From Lachnospiraceae bacterium (GTDB lineage: Bacteria; Bacillota; Clostridia; Lachnospirales; Lachnospiraceae), in contig JAFLSY010000005.1 in NCBI GenBank assembly GCA_022510745.1, forward strand, positions 153,427 through 217,426: a stretch of 64,000 bases of DNA. The letters are read 5' to 3'. Below the pieces are notes generated by a model. The model was not told the DNA's origin. It did not search any database and saw only the letters and a list, made by a program, of their open reading frames with translations. Below are positions 29,654 to 39,096 of this stretch, one piece after another (position 1 is the first letter of the stretch; every line of letters starts with the position of its first letter). The translations under genes were made by a program, and so were the position numbers.

Positions 29654-31474
29654 ATGAAAAATTTTATTAATAAAATAAACGATTCTGTTGTTTTGTTTTG
29701 TCATAAGGGGCTGCGTTTTCTACTACAGTTTATTACCGTGCTTTACCTGCTGGCTATGGGAATGATTCTGCCCTACCACTACGATTGGGCAACCGATTAT
29801 GCTCATATCGGCAGCAATAAAGCGCATTTTTTTCAAACCTACGGCTTTAGAGCAGGGAAGGCTTTTTTGATTGTATTATTGTTTTACTTATTGGTTTCTC
29901 TGATATTGTGGTGGAAGAAGAACCGCACCTGCAAAGGCAAAATCTCTCTTCTTATCAACAATGCTTTGGATGCTCTGTCTGTAACGGATAAATTTGCGAT
30001 CGTCTATATCGTGGCACTGTGTCTTTCCTATTATTATTCCGATTACAGGCAAAAACTGTTCTTGGGTATCAGCGGTTGGTATATGGGCTTTCTTCCCCAA
30101 CTTGTTTTGATTGGGTCTTATTTTGCGATATCACGTTTTCTTCCCGAAAATTTGGGAAAGTGGCTGGCATTTACACTATCCATGATTTCCATGCCGGTAT
30201 TTTTGTTAGGAATTCTCAACCGATACGGTTATCTGCCGCCCGGAATGACTTCCAGCGGTCCCGGATACATATCTACCATAGGAAATATCAATTGGTTCTG
30301 CGGTTACTGGGTGGTGCTGTTTCCGCTTGCAGCGGCACAGTTTGTATTTTGCAGAAAGGCATCTTTTAAGAGTGAACGGTTGTATAGAAGCAAACGAATT
30401 TTGCTGGGACTAAGCTGTGTAATCGGATTTGCATCGGGAATTACGCAAGGGAGCGACAGTGGGATACTGGCGCTTGCGGCAATGACGGTACTGCTTTTTG
30501 GTCTGGCAGCTGCAGGTGTGGGAGCAGAAGGAAAGAAGAACTTTGGACATTTTTTGGAGTTACTGCTTTTATTCGGTGCGGTGCTGTGTACTTTGGCACT
30601 GATACAGATACTGTGGCCAGAGTTGAATAATATGCAGACACCGGTTTATTCCATACTGATAAAAGGCGCGCTGCCTTGGATATGCGGTATGGCTGCGATG
30701 TTAGCCTGTCTGTTCTATAAGTCTTTACAAAAACGGTTGACGGACTGTGGCATGATCCGTAAAATTTGGCTCGGTCTGGTAATTTTGATATTTGTGACAC
30801 TTGCGTCACTTGTTGCGATGATAATAGTAAATACTCTGTATCCCGGAAGTTTGGGCGCATGGTCTCAAAACCCATTGTTTGGTTTTGGCCCTAAATGGGG
30901 AAGCAGCCGGGGAGGGACCTGGATGGCCGGCATCAATACCTGGCGGTCTCAAAATACCCTGCATAAGGTAGTGGGAGTGGGCCCTGATGGAATGTGGTAT
31001 TATATCGACAGCGGACAAAACGCGGAACTAGTAAAGGCAGTGCAGGAACAGTTCGAGGATATGCGGCTGACAAATGCCCATGGGGAGTGGATAACCATAC
31101 TGGCAAATATAGGAGTATTCGGCTTGATTGGATATGCAGGAACAGTGGTAAGCGCCATTCTGCGCTTTGTAAAGGGAAGTTGGGAAGATACGGTCATAAC
31201 GGTAGAGTCAGAGGATGCATCAAAGAACACAGAAATGACTGCCGTGGCTATAGCCTGCGGACTGAGCTTGTTTTGCTATACTGTCAACAATATTTTCAGT
31301 TTTCAGCAGACCATGCAGATGACGCAGGTATTTCTGGTCATGGGCTTAGGGGAGTATATGCTGCGCAGTCAGGGACAAAAGAAAGACGATGGCAATTTTA
31401 TAAAAGAGTTGTCACAGAAGTTTTTTAAGGGAATCAAGGGGGAGGAAGAGCAGTCTTATGGAGGAAGAAGTTAA
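29654..31474 (+). CDS. O-antigen ligase (Wzy_C)-like polytopic membrane protein
   Basis: 606 aa with at least 10 TM segments and the NAHGEWITILANIGVFG motif typical of the O-antigen ligase domain. Confidence 0.65.
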   Translation: MKNFINKINDSVVLFCHKGLRFLLQFITVLYLLAMGMILPYHYDWATDYAHIGSNKAHFFQTYGFRAGKAFLIVLLFYLLVSLILWWKKNRTCKGKISLLINNALDALSVTDKFAIVYIVALCLSYYYSDYRQKLFLGISGWYMGFLPQLVLIGSYFAISRFLPENLGKWLAFTLSMISMPVFLLGILNRYGYLPPGMTSSGPGYISTIGNINWFCGYWVVLFPLAAAQFVFCRKASFKSERLYRSKRILLGLSCVIGFASGITQGSDSGILALAAMTVLLFGLAAAGVGAEGKKNFGHFLELLLLFGAVLCTLALIQILWPELNNMQTPVYSILIKGALPWICGMAAMLACLFYKSLQKRLTDCGMIRKIWLGLVILIFVTLASLVAMIIVNTLYPGSLGAWSQNPLFGFGPKWGSSRGGTWMAGINTWRSQNTLHKVVGVGPDGMWYYIDSGQNAELVKAVQEQFEDMRLTNAHGEWITILANIGVFGLIGYAGTVVSAILRFVKGSWEDTVITVESEDASKNTEMTAVAIACGLSLFCYTVNNIFSFQQTMQMTQVFLVMGLGEYMLRSQGQKKDDGNFIKELSQKFFKGIKGEEEQSYGGRS

Positions 31475-32168
31475 AATACTGATAGTGGAAGATGATCCGG
31501 ATATTTCGCAGATATTAGCCAAGATCATGCATTTGCAGGGCTATGTGCCCACACAGGCATTCTCGGGTTCTGAAGCAAACCTAAGACTTTTTTCGGAAGG
31601 CACGGGCAGAGAAGAGTATGACCTGATCTTAATGGATTTGATGCTGCCGGGATTGCCGGGAGAAGAGCTGATCGAAAGAATCCGAGAGACCAGCGATGTT
31701 CCCATTATCGTGCTTTCTGCCAAATCCGCATTGGAGGACAGGGTGGGCGTATTGAATATGGGAGCGGATGATTACCTGACGAAGCCCTTTGAAAAGGAAG
31801 AGGTCATTGCCAGAGTCAACTCTGCGCTGCGCCGGTACGGCAGAGGCAGGAAGCAAGCCGGCACAACGAAAGAGCAGACTCTTTCCTATAAAAACTTAAA
31901 GATCTATCCGGAAGCCAGAGAAGTAACAGTTTGTGAAAGGCCGCTCTCCCTGACGGCCCACGAGTACGATATTCTTTGCCTGCTGGTGCAGAATCCGGGA
32001 AAGGTTTATTCCCGTGAGAGCCTTTATGAGTTGATCTGGCAGGGCAGCTATCTGGGCGAGGACAATACCATAAACGTACATGTGAGCAACCTGCGTAAAA
32101 AAATTGCGGTATTGGACGAAACGGAATATATTAAGACGGTCTGGGGTATCGGATTTAAGATGGCGTAG
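31458..32168 (+). CDS. OmpR-family response regulator
   Basis: Receiver DLILMDLMLPGLPG and output TVWGIGFKM. It overlaps the upstream gene by 17 nt. Confidence 0.9.
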   Translation: MEEEVKILIVEDDPDISQILAKIMHLQGYVPTQAFSGSEANLRLFSEGTGREEYDLILMDLMLPGLPGEELIERIRETSDVPIIVLSAKSALEDRVGVLNMGADDYLTKPFEKEEVIARVNSALRRYGRGRKQAGTTKEQTLSYKNLKIYPEAREVTVCERPLSLTAHEYDILCLLVQNPGKVYSRESLYELIWQGSYLGEDNTINVHVSNLRKKIAVLDETEYIKTVWGIGFKMA

Positions 32169-32273
32169 GAATAAAAAAGCATTTTTAAGCTTTATAATTT
32201 CTTTAAACTTTCTAAAGTACTTATTTATGCAGGAAAGAGTAAGATAGAGCCAGATTTTGAAAGGAGAGAAATT

Positions 32274-33221
32274 ATGAGCGAAGAATGGATCATAAAATCA
32301 GATAGGCTGACGAAGCTCTATGGGCAGACCGCCGCTTTGAAAGATGCGAATATTCGGATAAAGAAGGGCAGTATTTACGGACTTGTGGGAAATAACGGAG
32401 CCGGAAAAACCACTTTTTTAAAAATACTGACCGGACAGATCCGTCCTACAAGCGGCAGTTTTACTATGATGGGCGCAGATACGGAATCCGGGTACAGGCA
32501 GGCCAGAACCAAGACCGGCGCCATTATAGAGACACCGGGCTTTTATCCCAAATTGACTGCAAGACAGAATTTGGAATATTACCGCATACAGCGGGGGATC
32601 CCCGGAAAAGAATCCGTGGACAAAATGTTAGAGCTGGTGGGACTATCCGATGCCGGAAAGAAAAAATTTGCCAATCTGTCTTTGGGCATGAAGCAGAGAC
32701 TGGGCCTGGCACTGGCTTTGATGGGAGATCCGGAGCTGCTCATACTGGACGAGCCTATTAACGGTCTGGACCCTGCCGGAATTGTGGAAATAAGGAATTT
32801 ACTGTTAAAACTGAATAAAGAAAAAGGTGTTACCATCCTCATATCCAGTCATATTCTGACGGAGCTGGAAAATATCGCCACCGACTACGGTTTTTTAAGC
32901 CGGGGAGAACTGGCGGAGCAGATCAGTGCGGAGAAACTGCGGGAGAAATGCCGAACTTTTCTGGAAATCAAGGTTACCGACGTGGCGTCTTATACTGCCC
33001 TTTTGGAATCGGAAATGCTCTGTAGCAATTACAGAGTACTGCCGGATAACTGCATTCACATTTTGGAAAAGGTGGACAATATTGCTGATTACAGTGCGTT
33101 GGCAGTCAATCATGGAATCGGTCTGCTGGGTTTTGAAATGAAAGAAATCAATCTGGAGAATTACTACATGAATCTGATCGGGGACAGAGAAGAAGCGGAA
33201 GATAAGCAGAGGAGGATGTAA
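32274..33221 (+). CDS. ABC transporter ATP-binding protein (lantibiotic/bacitracin-immunity type)
   Basis: Walker A GNNGAGKTT, signature LSLGMKQR, Walker B LLILDEPINGLD. It carries a C-terminal extension. Confidence 0.9.
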   Translation: MSEEWIIKSDRLTKLYGQTAALKDANIRIKKGSIYGLVGNNGAGKTTFLKILTGQIRPTSGSFTMMGADTESGYRQARTKTGAIIETPGFYPKLTARQNLEYYRIQRGIPGKESVDKMLELVGLSDAGKKKFANLSLGMKQRLGLALALMGDPELLILDEPINGLDPAGIVEIRNLLLKLNKEKGVTILISSHILTELENIATDYGFLSRGELAEQISAEKLREKCRTFLEIKVTDVASYTALLESEMLCSNYRVLPDNCIHILEKVDNIADYSALAVNHGIGLLGFEMKEINLENYYMNLIGDREEAEDKQRRM

Positions 33222-33222
33222 C

Positions 33223-34002
33223 ATGTTGAATTATATTAAGAGTGAATTATACAGGATCAGTCACAGTAAGGGGATTTACATTTTTGACGGAGTTTGCGCA
33301 GGCCTTTTGCTTATTATGAATTTGCTTTTGTATGCTATATGGAAGGATACCCCTTCATTCATGTATGCGACTACGGCATTTGCCTTTAATTTTGCAAGTA
33401 TTTTTATCGGTGTCGTATTTATCCTGACCATTGTGATGGGGTGTATTGCATTTGGAGATGAGTATAAAAACAGAACCATAGGAAACAGTATTGCTTTTGG
33501 CAGTTCCTCTGTTAAGATTTATTTGGGGAAAGCCATTGTGTCGCTGATCATATCCTTCCTTTCACTGGCAGTTGTACTGGCAATTTTTATCGGCAGCAGT
33601 TATCTGCTTTTGCAGAACAGCGGTCCGGATGTTTTATGGGAATTTCTGCAAAACTATTTAGTCAACAGTCTGATCTTAGTTACCGGCGTGCTGGCCACAC
33701 TGACGCTCTGCTTTTTATTTGGCTCGGGATCTGCGGCAACCTGGGGCTGGCTTATTCTATTTAGGGGACTTCCCATTGTGTGCCAGCTTTTGGGCCTGAA
33801 ATTTTCCTTTTTTATAAGGCTTAATAAATGGATGGCTGCGGAAATCATTGGCGCTCAGGTTTCCGGAAACGTGGACGATTTAAATATTCACTGGCTCTGG
33901 CAGACGCAAGACGGTCTATATAGGACATTGATGTCAGGGGCACTGGGTATATTGGTTTTTTTGGCAATAGGCATTGTGGGCATGCGGCGGAAGGAAATGT
34001 AA
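33223..34002 (+). CDS. ABC-2 type permease
   Basis: 259 aa with six hydrophobic segments. The start lies 1 nt after the ATPase stop. Confidence 0.7.
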   Translation: MLNYIKSELYRISHSKGIYIFDGVCAGLLLIMNLLLYAIWKDTPSFMYATTAFAFNFASIFIGVVFILTIVMGCIAFGDEYKNRTIGNSIAFGSSSVKIYLGKAIVSLIISFLSLAVVLAIFIGSSYLLLQNSGPDVLWEFLQNYLVNSLILVTGVLATLTLCFLFGSGSAATWGWLILFRGLPIVCQLLGLKFSFFIRLNKWMAAEIIGAQVSGNVDDLNIHWLWQTQDGLYRTLMSGALGILVFLAIGIVGMRRKEM

Positions 34003-34027
34003 TGATGTGCGGAAAGGAGCGTGGCAT

Positions 34028-34939
34028 ATGATTTGGGCATTGCTTGTTATTATAATCTGTATAGCCGTATTTTATATAGTGCGCTTCTACAGTCTGAAAG
34101 CTGATTTGAAAAAGGCTGCAAAAGACCTAAAAGAGATTCAGGGGAATCCGGAAGAAAACCGGATTCTCCTGCTTTCCTATCCCAATAAAGAAGCAGAATT
34201 ACTTTTGCAGGAGATGAATACCTACATCCGTTTTTCTAAAACAGAGAGAATTATATTAAAAAACCGAGAAAAACAGCTGCGGGTGCAAATTGAAAATATC
34301 AGTCATGACCTGAGGACACCGCTGACAGCCATTATCGGATATCTGGAGCTTTTAGAGGGTGAAGGATTAAGCGCGGAGGATAAAAGCAATTTGGAACGTG
34401 CGGGCAAGAAGGCCAAAACCCTGCAGAATCTGATAGGGAATTTTTACGATATGTCCCGTTTGGAAATGAATGACTATCAACTTCATATGGAGCGGATAGA
34501 TCTTGCCCGTTTTACGGAAGAGACCAGTCTTCTTTTTTATCAGCTTTTTGAAAAGAGGGGACTGCTTGTGGATTTTAGCATGGAAGAAACTCCTCTTTTT
34601 ATCATGGCCGACCAAGCGGCCATGGAGCGTATCTTTAACAATATGCTGCAGAATGCTCTGCGCTATGCGGAAAGTTTTCTGCACATTTCTGTTTGCAGGA
34701 CGAAGGGTAAAATCTGCCTGATTTTTGAAAATGACACATCTGTCTTAAATGAAAAAGATATTCCTCACCTATTTGAACGTTTCTACGTACAGGAAAATTC
34801 CCGCACCCAACAGAGCAGCGGGCTGGGTCTTACCATCAATAAATTACTGACGGATGCCATGGGCGGTAGTGTGGAGGCAACGCTTGTGCAGAATGTATTG
34901 CGGATCAGTTATTGTTTTGAGGAAGCGGAGGGGAAATAA
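34028..34939 (+). CDS. sensor histidine kinase (intramembrane-sensing type)
   Basis: Single N-terminal TM, H-box ISHDLRTPLT and a G-box GLGLTI. Start at ATG 34028 after AAGGAG. Confidence 0.85.
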   Translation: MIWALLVIIICIAVFYIVRFYSLKADLKKAAKDLKEIQGNPEENRILLLSYPNKEAELLLQEMNTYIRFSKTERIILKNREKQLRVQIENISHDLRTPLTAIIGYLELLEGEGLSAEDKSNLERAGKKAKTLQNLIGNFYDMSRLEMNDYQLHMERIDLARFTEETSLLFYQLFEKRGLLVDFSMEETPLFIMADQAAMERIFNNMLQNALRYAESFLHISVCRTKGKICLIFENDTSVLNEKDIPHLFERFYVQENSRTQQSSGLGLTINKLLTDAMGGSVEATLVQNVLRISYCFEEAEGK

Positions 34940-35186
34940 AATTCTGCTATAGCCTTTTCCTATAACCAGCTAACTTTTTTATGTATTAGACAAGAGCGGA
35001 AAACCATGCTAGGATAAACCTACCAAAGGAAAGGAAGGCTGTTTATGAGAGTAGTGAGATTAAAAAGCAGAATTGTAATCTATGAATGCATGTGCTGAAA
35101 GTGTAGCTGCAAATAGATCAAACAAAAAAGTCAAAAATAAATAAAAATAAACGAATGGCAGGCATACCTGCAGAAAGAGGAAAATC

Positions 35187-36494
35187 ATGAGCAAGAAAGC
35201 ATATAAAGACAGAAACTTAAAATTTGAAACCTTACAGTTACATGTTGGACAGGAGCAGGCAGACCCGGTAACGGACGCAAGGGCTGTTCCCATTTACCAG
35301 ACTTCATCTTTTGTATTCCACAACAGTCAGCATGCGGCAGACAGATTTGGATTAAGAGATGCCGGCAATATCTACGGCAGACTGACCAATCCCACCGAGG
35401 ATGTTTTTGAACAGAGGATCGCAGCCTTAGAAGGCGGTGTTGCAGCTCTGGCGGTAGCTTCCGGTGCGGCAGCAATTACATACACTTTTGAAAATTTGGC
35501 ACATGCAGGCGATCATATCGTATCCGCAAAGAACATCTACGGCGGTACCTACAATCTGCTGGCGCATACGCTGCCGGAGTACGGTATTACCACCACCTTC
35601 GTGGATCCTTTTAACTATGGTGAAGTGGAAGCGGCAATTAAAGACAATACCAAGGCAATCTTCATCGAGACTCTGGGTAATCCCAAGTCCGATGTTGTAG
35701 ATATTGAAAAACTGGCAGGTATTGCCCATGCACACAAGATTCCGCTTGTGATTGACAATACCTTTGCAACGCCCTATTTGGTTCGCCCGATAGAGTATGG
35801 TGCGGATATCGTGGTGCATTCCGCAACCAAATTCATCGGCGGGCACGGTACCACCATCGGCGGTGTTATCGTAGACAGCGGCAAGTTTGATTGGGAAGCA
35901 AGCGGTAAGTTCCCTTCTCTGGTCGAGCCCAACCCCAGCTACCATGGCGTAAGCTTCACCAAGGCGGTAGGCGCGGCAGCTTTTGTAACCAAAATTCGCG
36001 CTATCCTGCTGCGTGACACGGGTGCAACCTTATCTCCCTTCCACGCATTCTTCTTCCTGCAGGGCTTGGAAACGCTGTCCCTGCGTGTAGAAAGACATGT
36101 GGAGAATGCATTGAAAGTAGTACAGTATTTAAAGAATCACCCGCAGGTGGAAGCAGTACATCACCCCTCTGTTTCAGAGGATGCGGAGCAGCAGGCTTTG
36201 TATAAGAAATACTTCCCTAACGGCGGTGGTTCCATTTTTACCTTTGAAATCAAAGGAGATGCAAAAAAAGCACAGGATTTCATTGACAATCTGGAACTCT
36301 TCAGCCTGTTAGCAAATGTAGCGGATGTGAAATCTCTGGTAATCCACCCCGCATCCACAACCCATTCTCAGCTTAACGATGAAGAACTGGCAGATCAGGG
36401 TATTGCACCCAACACCATCCGCCTGTCCATCGGTACGGAGAATATTGACGACATTATTGAAGACCTGGAAGAGGCTTTCAAGGCAGTACAATAA
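35187..36494 (+). CDS. metY: O-acetylhomoserine aminocarboxypropyltransferase (sulfhydrylase)
   Basis: 435 aa of the Cys/Met-metabolism PLP family (HSATKFIGGHG lysine site, LETLSLR). Confidence 0.9.
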   Translation: MSKKAYKDRNLKFETLQLHVGQEQADPVTDARAVPIYQTSSFVFHNSQHAADRFGLRDAGNIYGRLTNPTEDVFEQRIAALEGGVAALAVASGAAAITYTFENLAHAGDHIVSAKNIYGGTYNLLAHTLPEYGITTTFVDPFNYGEVEAAIKDNTKAIFIETLGNPKSDVVDIEKLAGIAHAHKIPLVIDNTFATPYLVRPIEYGADIVVHSATKFIGGHGTTIGGVIVDSGKFDWEASGKFPSLVEPNPSYHGVSFTKAVGAAAFVTKIRAILLRDTGATLSPFHAFFFLQGLETLSLRVERHVENALKVVQYLKNHPQVEAVHHPSVSEDAEQQALYKKYFPNGGGSIFTFEIKGDAKKAQDFIDNLELFSLLANVADVKSLVIHPASTTHSQLNDEELADQGIAPNTIRLSIGTENIDDIIEDLEEAFKAVQ

Positions 36495-36539
36495 AATACA
36501 CTGGCATTTTTACCGAGACTATGATATACTATGTTGTGT

Positions 36540-36610
36540 GCAGCTATAGTTCATCGGTAGAATGCTAGCTTCCCAAGCTGGAGAGACGGGTTCGATTCCC
36601 GCTAGCTGCT
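36540..36610 (+). tRNA. tRNA-Gly (anticodon CCC)
   Basis: Hand-folded cloverleaf: acceptor GCAGCTA/TAGCTGC, D arm GTTC-ATCGGTA-GAAT, anticodon stem CTAGC/GCTGG with loop TTCCCAA, T arm ACGGG-TTCGATT-CCCGC (one A-C mismatch), discriminator T. No CCA is encoded. Confidence 0.85.
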
Positions 36611-36611
36611 T

Positions 36612-36639
36612 AAAAGACCTGAGCTTTCAGGTCTTTTTT
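36612..36639 (+). terminator. intrinsic terminator after tRNA-Gly
   Basis: AAAAGACCTGA-GCTT-TCAGGTCTTTT, an 11 bp stem followed by a T-run. Confidence 0.75.
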
Positions 36640-36717
36640 GTACGCATAAAACGTTTACAATCGCCGGACAATCAGCTATACTTTTAACTAAAAGTACCAG
36701 AAAAGGCAGGAGGTTAT

Positions 36718-38046
36718 ATGAGAATGCCGGATACCGAGCCGAACAAGCAGTCGGATTTTATGATAGAGAAAATTAAAGAGAGGCCTATTAATAAAAAGAA
36801 ACTGTTAAGAAAGATTGTGACAACGGTGTGTATGGCGGTGATCTTTGGCCTTATTGCCTGCCTGACCTTTTTGATTCTGGAACCGGTATTCAATAACTGG
36901 CTCTACCCGGAGGAAGAACCGCCTTTGGTTATTTTACCGGAGGAATCGGACGAGATGGCACCGGAGGATATGTTGGTGGATGAATATGATGAGTCCTCCC
37001 TGCAGGAAGTGGTGGAATCCGTTATTTTGGAAGATGAGCAGTTGCAGAAGATTTTGGAAAATCTGCAAATGGATAAGAGGCATTATGAGCAGCTTTATAA
37101 TACCATGGCTTCCTACACCCATGAACTGGAAACCTCCATGGTTGTAGTGACCGGAGTCACCTCGGATGTGGACTGGCTGAACAATACTTATGAAAGTGAA
37201 GGGCAGACCAGCGGTGTGATTGTTTACACTAACGGGCAGGAATATTTTATTTTGACAGACAGTGCAACTGTGAGGGGAGCTGAGAGCATTCTGGTGACCT
37301 TTAACGACGGTACATCCGCCGCGGCCGAACTCAGGCAGTGGGACAGACAGACAGGATTAGCGGTAGTGGCGGTACAGCTTGAAGGCCTGCCGGAGAGTAC
37401 CCGCACCGGGACAAGAGTTGCTACCCTGGGCTCCTCCAATATGCGGAATCCGGTGGGTATTCCGGTGGTTGCGTTGGGTGCGCCTATGGGGACGGTAGGA
37501 TCTGCCGGATATGGTATGCTATCCTCTGCAAGCAGTATAATGAGCACGGTGGATGCCAATTATAAGCTGTTTACAACGGACATTTACGGAAGTGGACAGG
37601 CTACGGGTGTGTTGTTCAATATGCAGGCTCAGATGATCGGCGTTATTATTCCGGGCGGTGGAGGTGCAGACAGGAGAAATGCAGTAACTGCCATTGGGAT
37701 TTCCGAACTGAAGAAGCTCATTGAAAATATGTCAAACGGAAAAGAACCGGCATATCTTGGCATAAGCGGTGTGGATGTGACCGCGGTGGCCAACAGGGAA
37801 ATGGGCGTACCTTTTGGAGCCTATGTGCGGGAAGTGGCCATGGACTCGCCGGCTATGCTGGCGGGTATCCAACGAGGTGACGTGATCGTGGAATTGGAAG
37901 GCAGCAGCATTGAGAATTTTACCAATTATACCACAACTTTGCAGCGGCTGGAGGCAGGGCAGACAGTCACCGTAGTGATACAACGGCTTTCCCAGAACAG
38001 CTATCGGGAAATCAGTATGGAAATTACGCTGGGAACAGCGGAATAG
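36718..38046 (+). CDS. membrane-anchored HtrA-like (S1C fold) protein with PDZ domain, catalytic motifs degenerate
   Basis: N-terminal TM segment, a trypsin-like core and a C-terminal PDZ domain (LAGIQRGDVIVELEG). TDSATV occupies the usual TNxHV position and GSGQATG the usual GNSGGP position. Confidence 0.6.
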   Translation: MRMPDTEPNKQSDFMIEKIKERPINKKKLLRKIVTTVCMAVIFGLIACLTFLILEPVFNNWLYPEEEPPLVILPEESDEMAPEDMLVDEYDESSLQEVVESVILEDEQLQKILENLQMDKRHYEQLYNTMASYTHELETSMVVVTGVTSDVDWLNNTYESEGQTSGVIVYTNGQEYFILTDSATVRGAESILVTFNDGTSAAAELRQWDRQTGLAVVAVQLEGLPESTRTGTRVATLGSSNMRNPVGIPVVALGAPMGTVGSAGYGMLSSASSIMSTVDANYKLFTTDIYGSGQATGVLFNMQAQMIGVIIPGGGGADRRNAVTAIGISELKKLIENMSNGKEPAYLGISGVDVTAVANREMGVPFGAYVREVAMDSPAMLAGIQRGDVIVELEGSSIENFTNYTTTLQRLEAGQTVTVVIQRLSQNSYREISMEITLGTAE

Positions 38047-38105
38047 CGTAAACGGCGGGCATTACGAAGGCGCATTTTCAGAGGGCCTATAGAAAGGATA
38101 GAAGG

Positions 38106-39050
38106 ATGAAGTATATCAAGGATTTTAAAGAAGGGGACAGAGTTTCCGATATTTATCTCTGCAAACATAAACAGTCGGCAGTCACAAAGAACGGAAAACC
38201 TTACGAGAATGTGATCTTGCAGGATAAAACCGGCACCATAGACGCTAAAATATGGGAGCCGAACAGCGCAGGTATTGAGGAGTTTGATGCGTTGGATTAC
38301 ATTGAGGTATACGGGGAAGTCAGCAATTTTCTGGGTGCATTACAGCTCAGTGTGAAACGTGTCCGCATCTGCAGAGAGGAAGAATATGACCCCTCGGATT
38401 ATCTGCCCGTCAGCAGTAAAAATATAGATGAGATGTATACGGAACTGTTACAATATGTGAATTCCGTAGAAAACACTTATCTGAAAAAACTGCTGGAGGT
38501 ATTTTTTGTGGAGGATGCAGCTTTTATCAAACGTTTCCGCCAATCCTCTGCTGCTAAGACCATGCATCACGGTTTCGTGGGAGGCCTGTTGGAGCATACC
38601 TTGAGCGTTACGAAACTCTGCGATTATTTATGCGGCGCCTATCCTCTGTTAAAGAGGGATTTGCTGCTGACGGCTGCCATGTTCCACGATATTGGAAAAA
38701 CCAAGGAAATCTCCCTGTTTCCGGAAAATGACTATACGGATGACGGACAGCTTTTGGGGCATATCGTGATGGGTTGTGAGATGATAGGTGAGAAAATTAG
38801 TACCATTGCCGGATTTCCGCCGGTTCTGGCTTCCGAATTGAAGCATTGCATTTTGACCCACCATGGGGAATATGAATTCGGTTCCCCCAAGAAGCCTGCG
38901 CTCTTTGAGGCGGTGGCCTTGAATATGGCGGATAATACGGATGCCAAGCTGGAAATGATGAATGAAATCTTCGGCAGTGCTACGGACACAAACTGGCTGG
39001 GTTACAATAGAGTATTCGAATCTAATTTAAGGGGTACGAGGCTGGAGTAA
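38106..39050 (+). CDS. yhaM: 3'-5' exoribonuclease YhaM (OB-fold + HD domain)
   Basis: 314 aa with an N-terminal OB fold and an HD domain (HHGFVGGLLEHT, FHDIGK, LTHHGEYEFGSP). Confidence 0.85.
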   Translation: MKYIKDFKEGDRVSDIYLCKHKQSAVTKNGKPYENVILQDKTGTIDAKIWEPNSAGIEEFDALDYIEVYGEVSNFLGALQLSVKRVRICREEEYDPSDYLPVSSKNIDEMYTELLQYVNSVENTYLKKLLEVFFVEDAAFIKRFRQSSAAKTMHHGFVGGLLEHTLSVTKLCDYLCGAYPLLKRDLLLTAAMFHDIGKTKEISLFPENDYTDDGQLLGHIVMGCEMIGEKISTIAGFPPVLASELKHCILTHHGEYEFGSPKKPALFEAVALNMADNTDAKLEMMNEIFGSATDTNWLGYNRVFESNLRGTRLE

Positions 39051-39096
39051 TTTTTGCTGTCGTATTAAATCACGGCACCTAATGGGATGAGAGAAA

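Noticed and set aside
34940-35186. Riboswitch or T-box leader upstream of metY
   Set aside because: I looked for S-box (SAM-I) core elements and the T-box 14-mer and found neither. The 247 nt leader remains unexplained, but I cannot support a call.
35427-35945. 172 aa minus-strand ORF
   Set aside because: It is antisense to metY.
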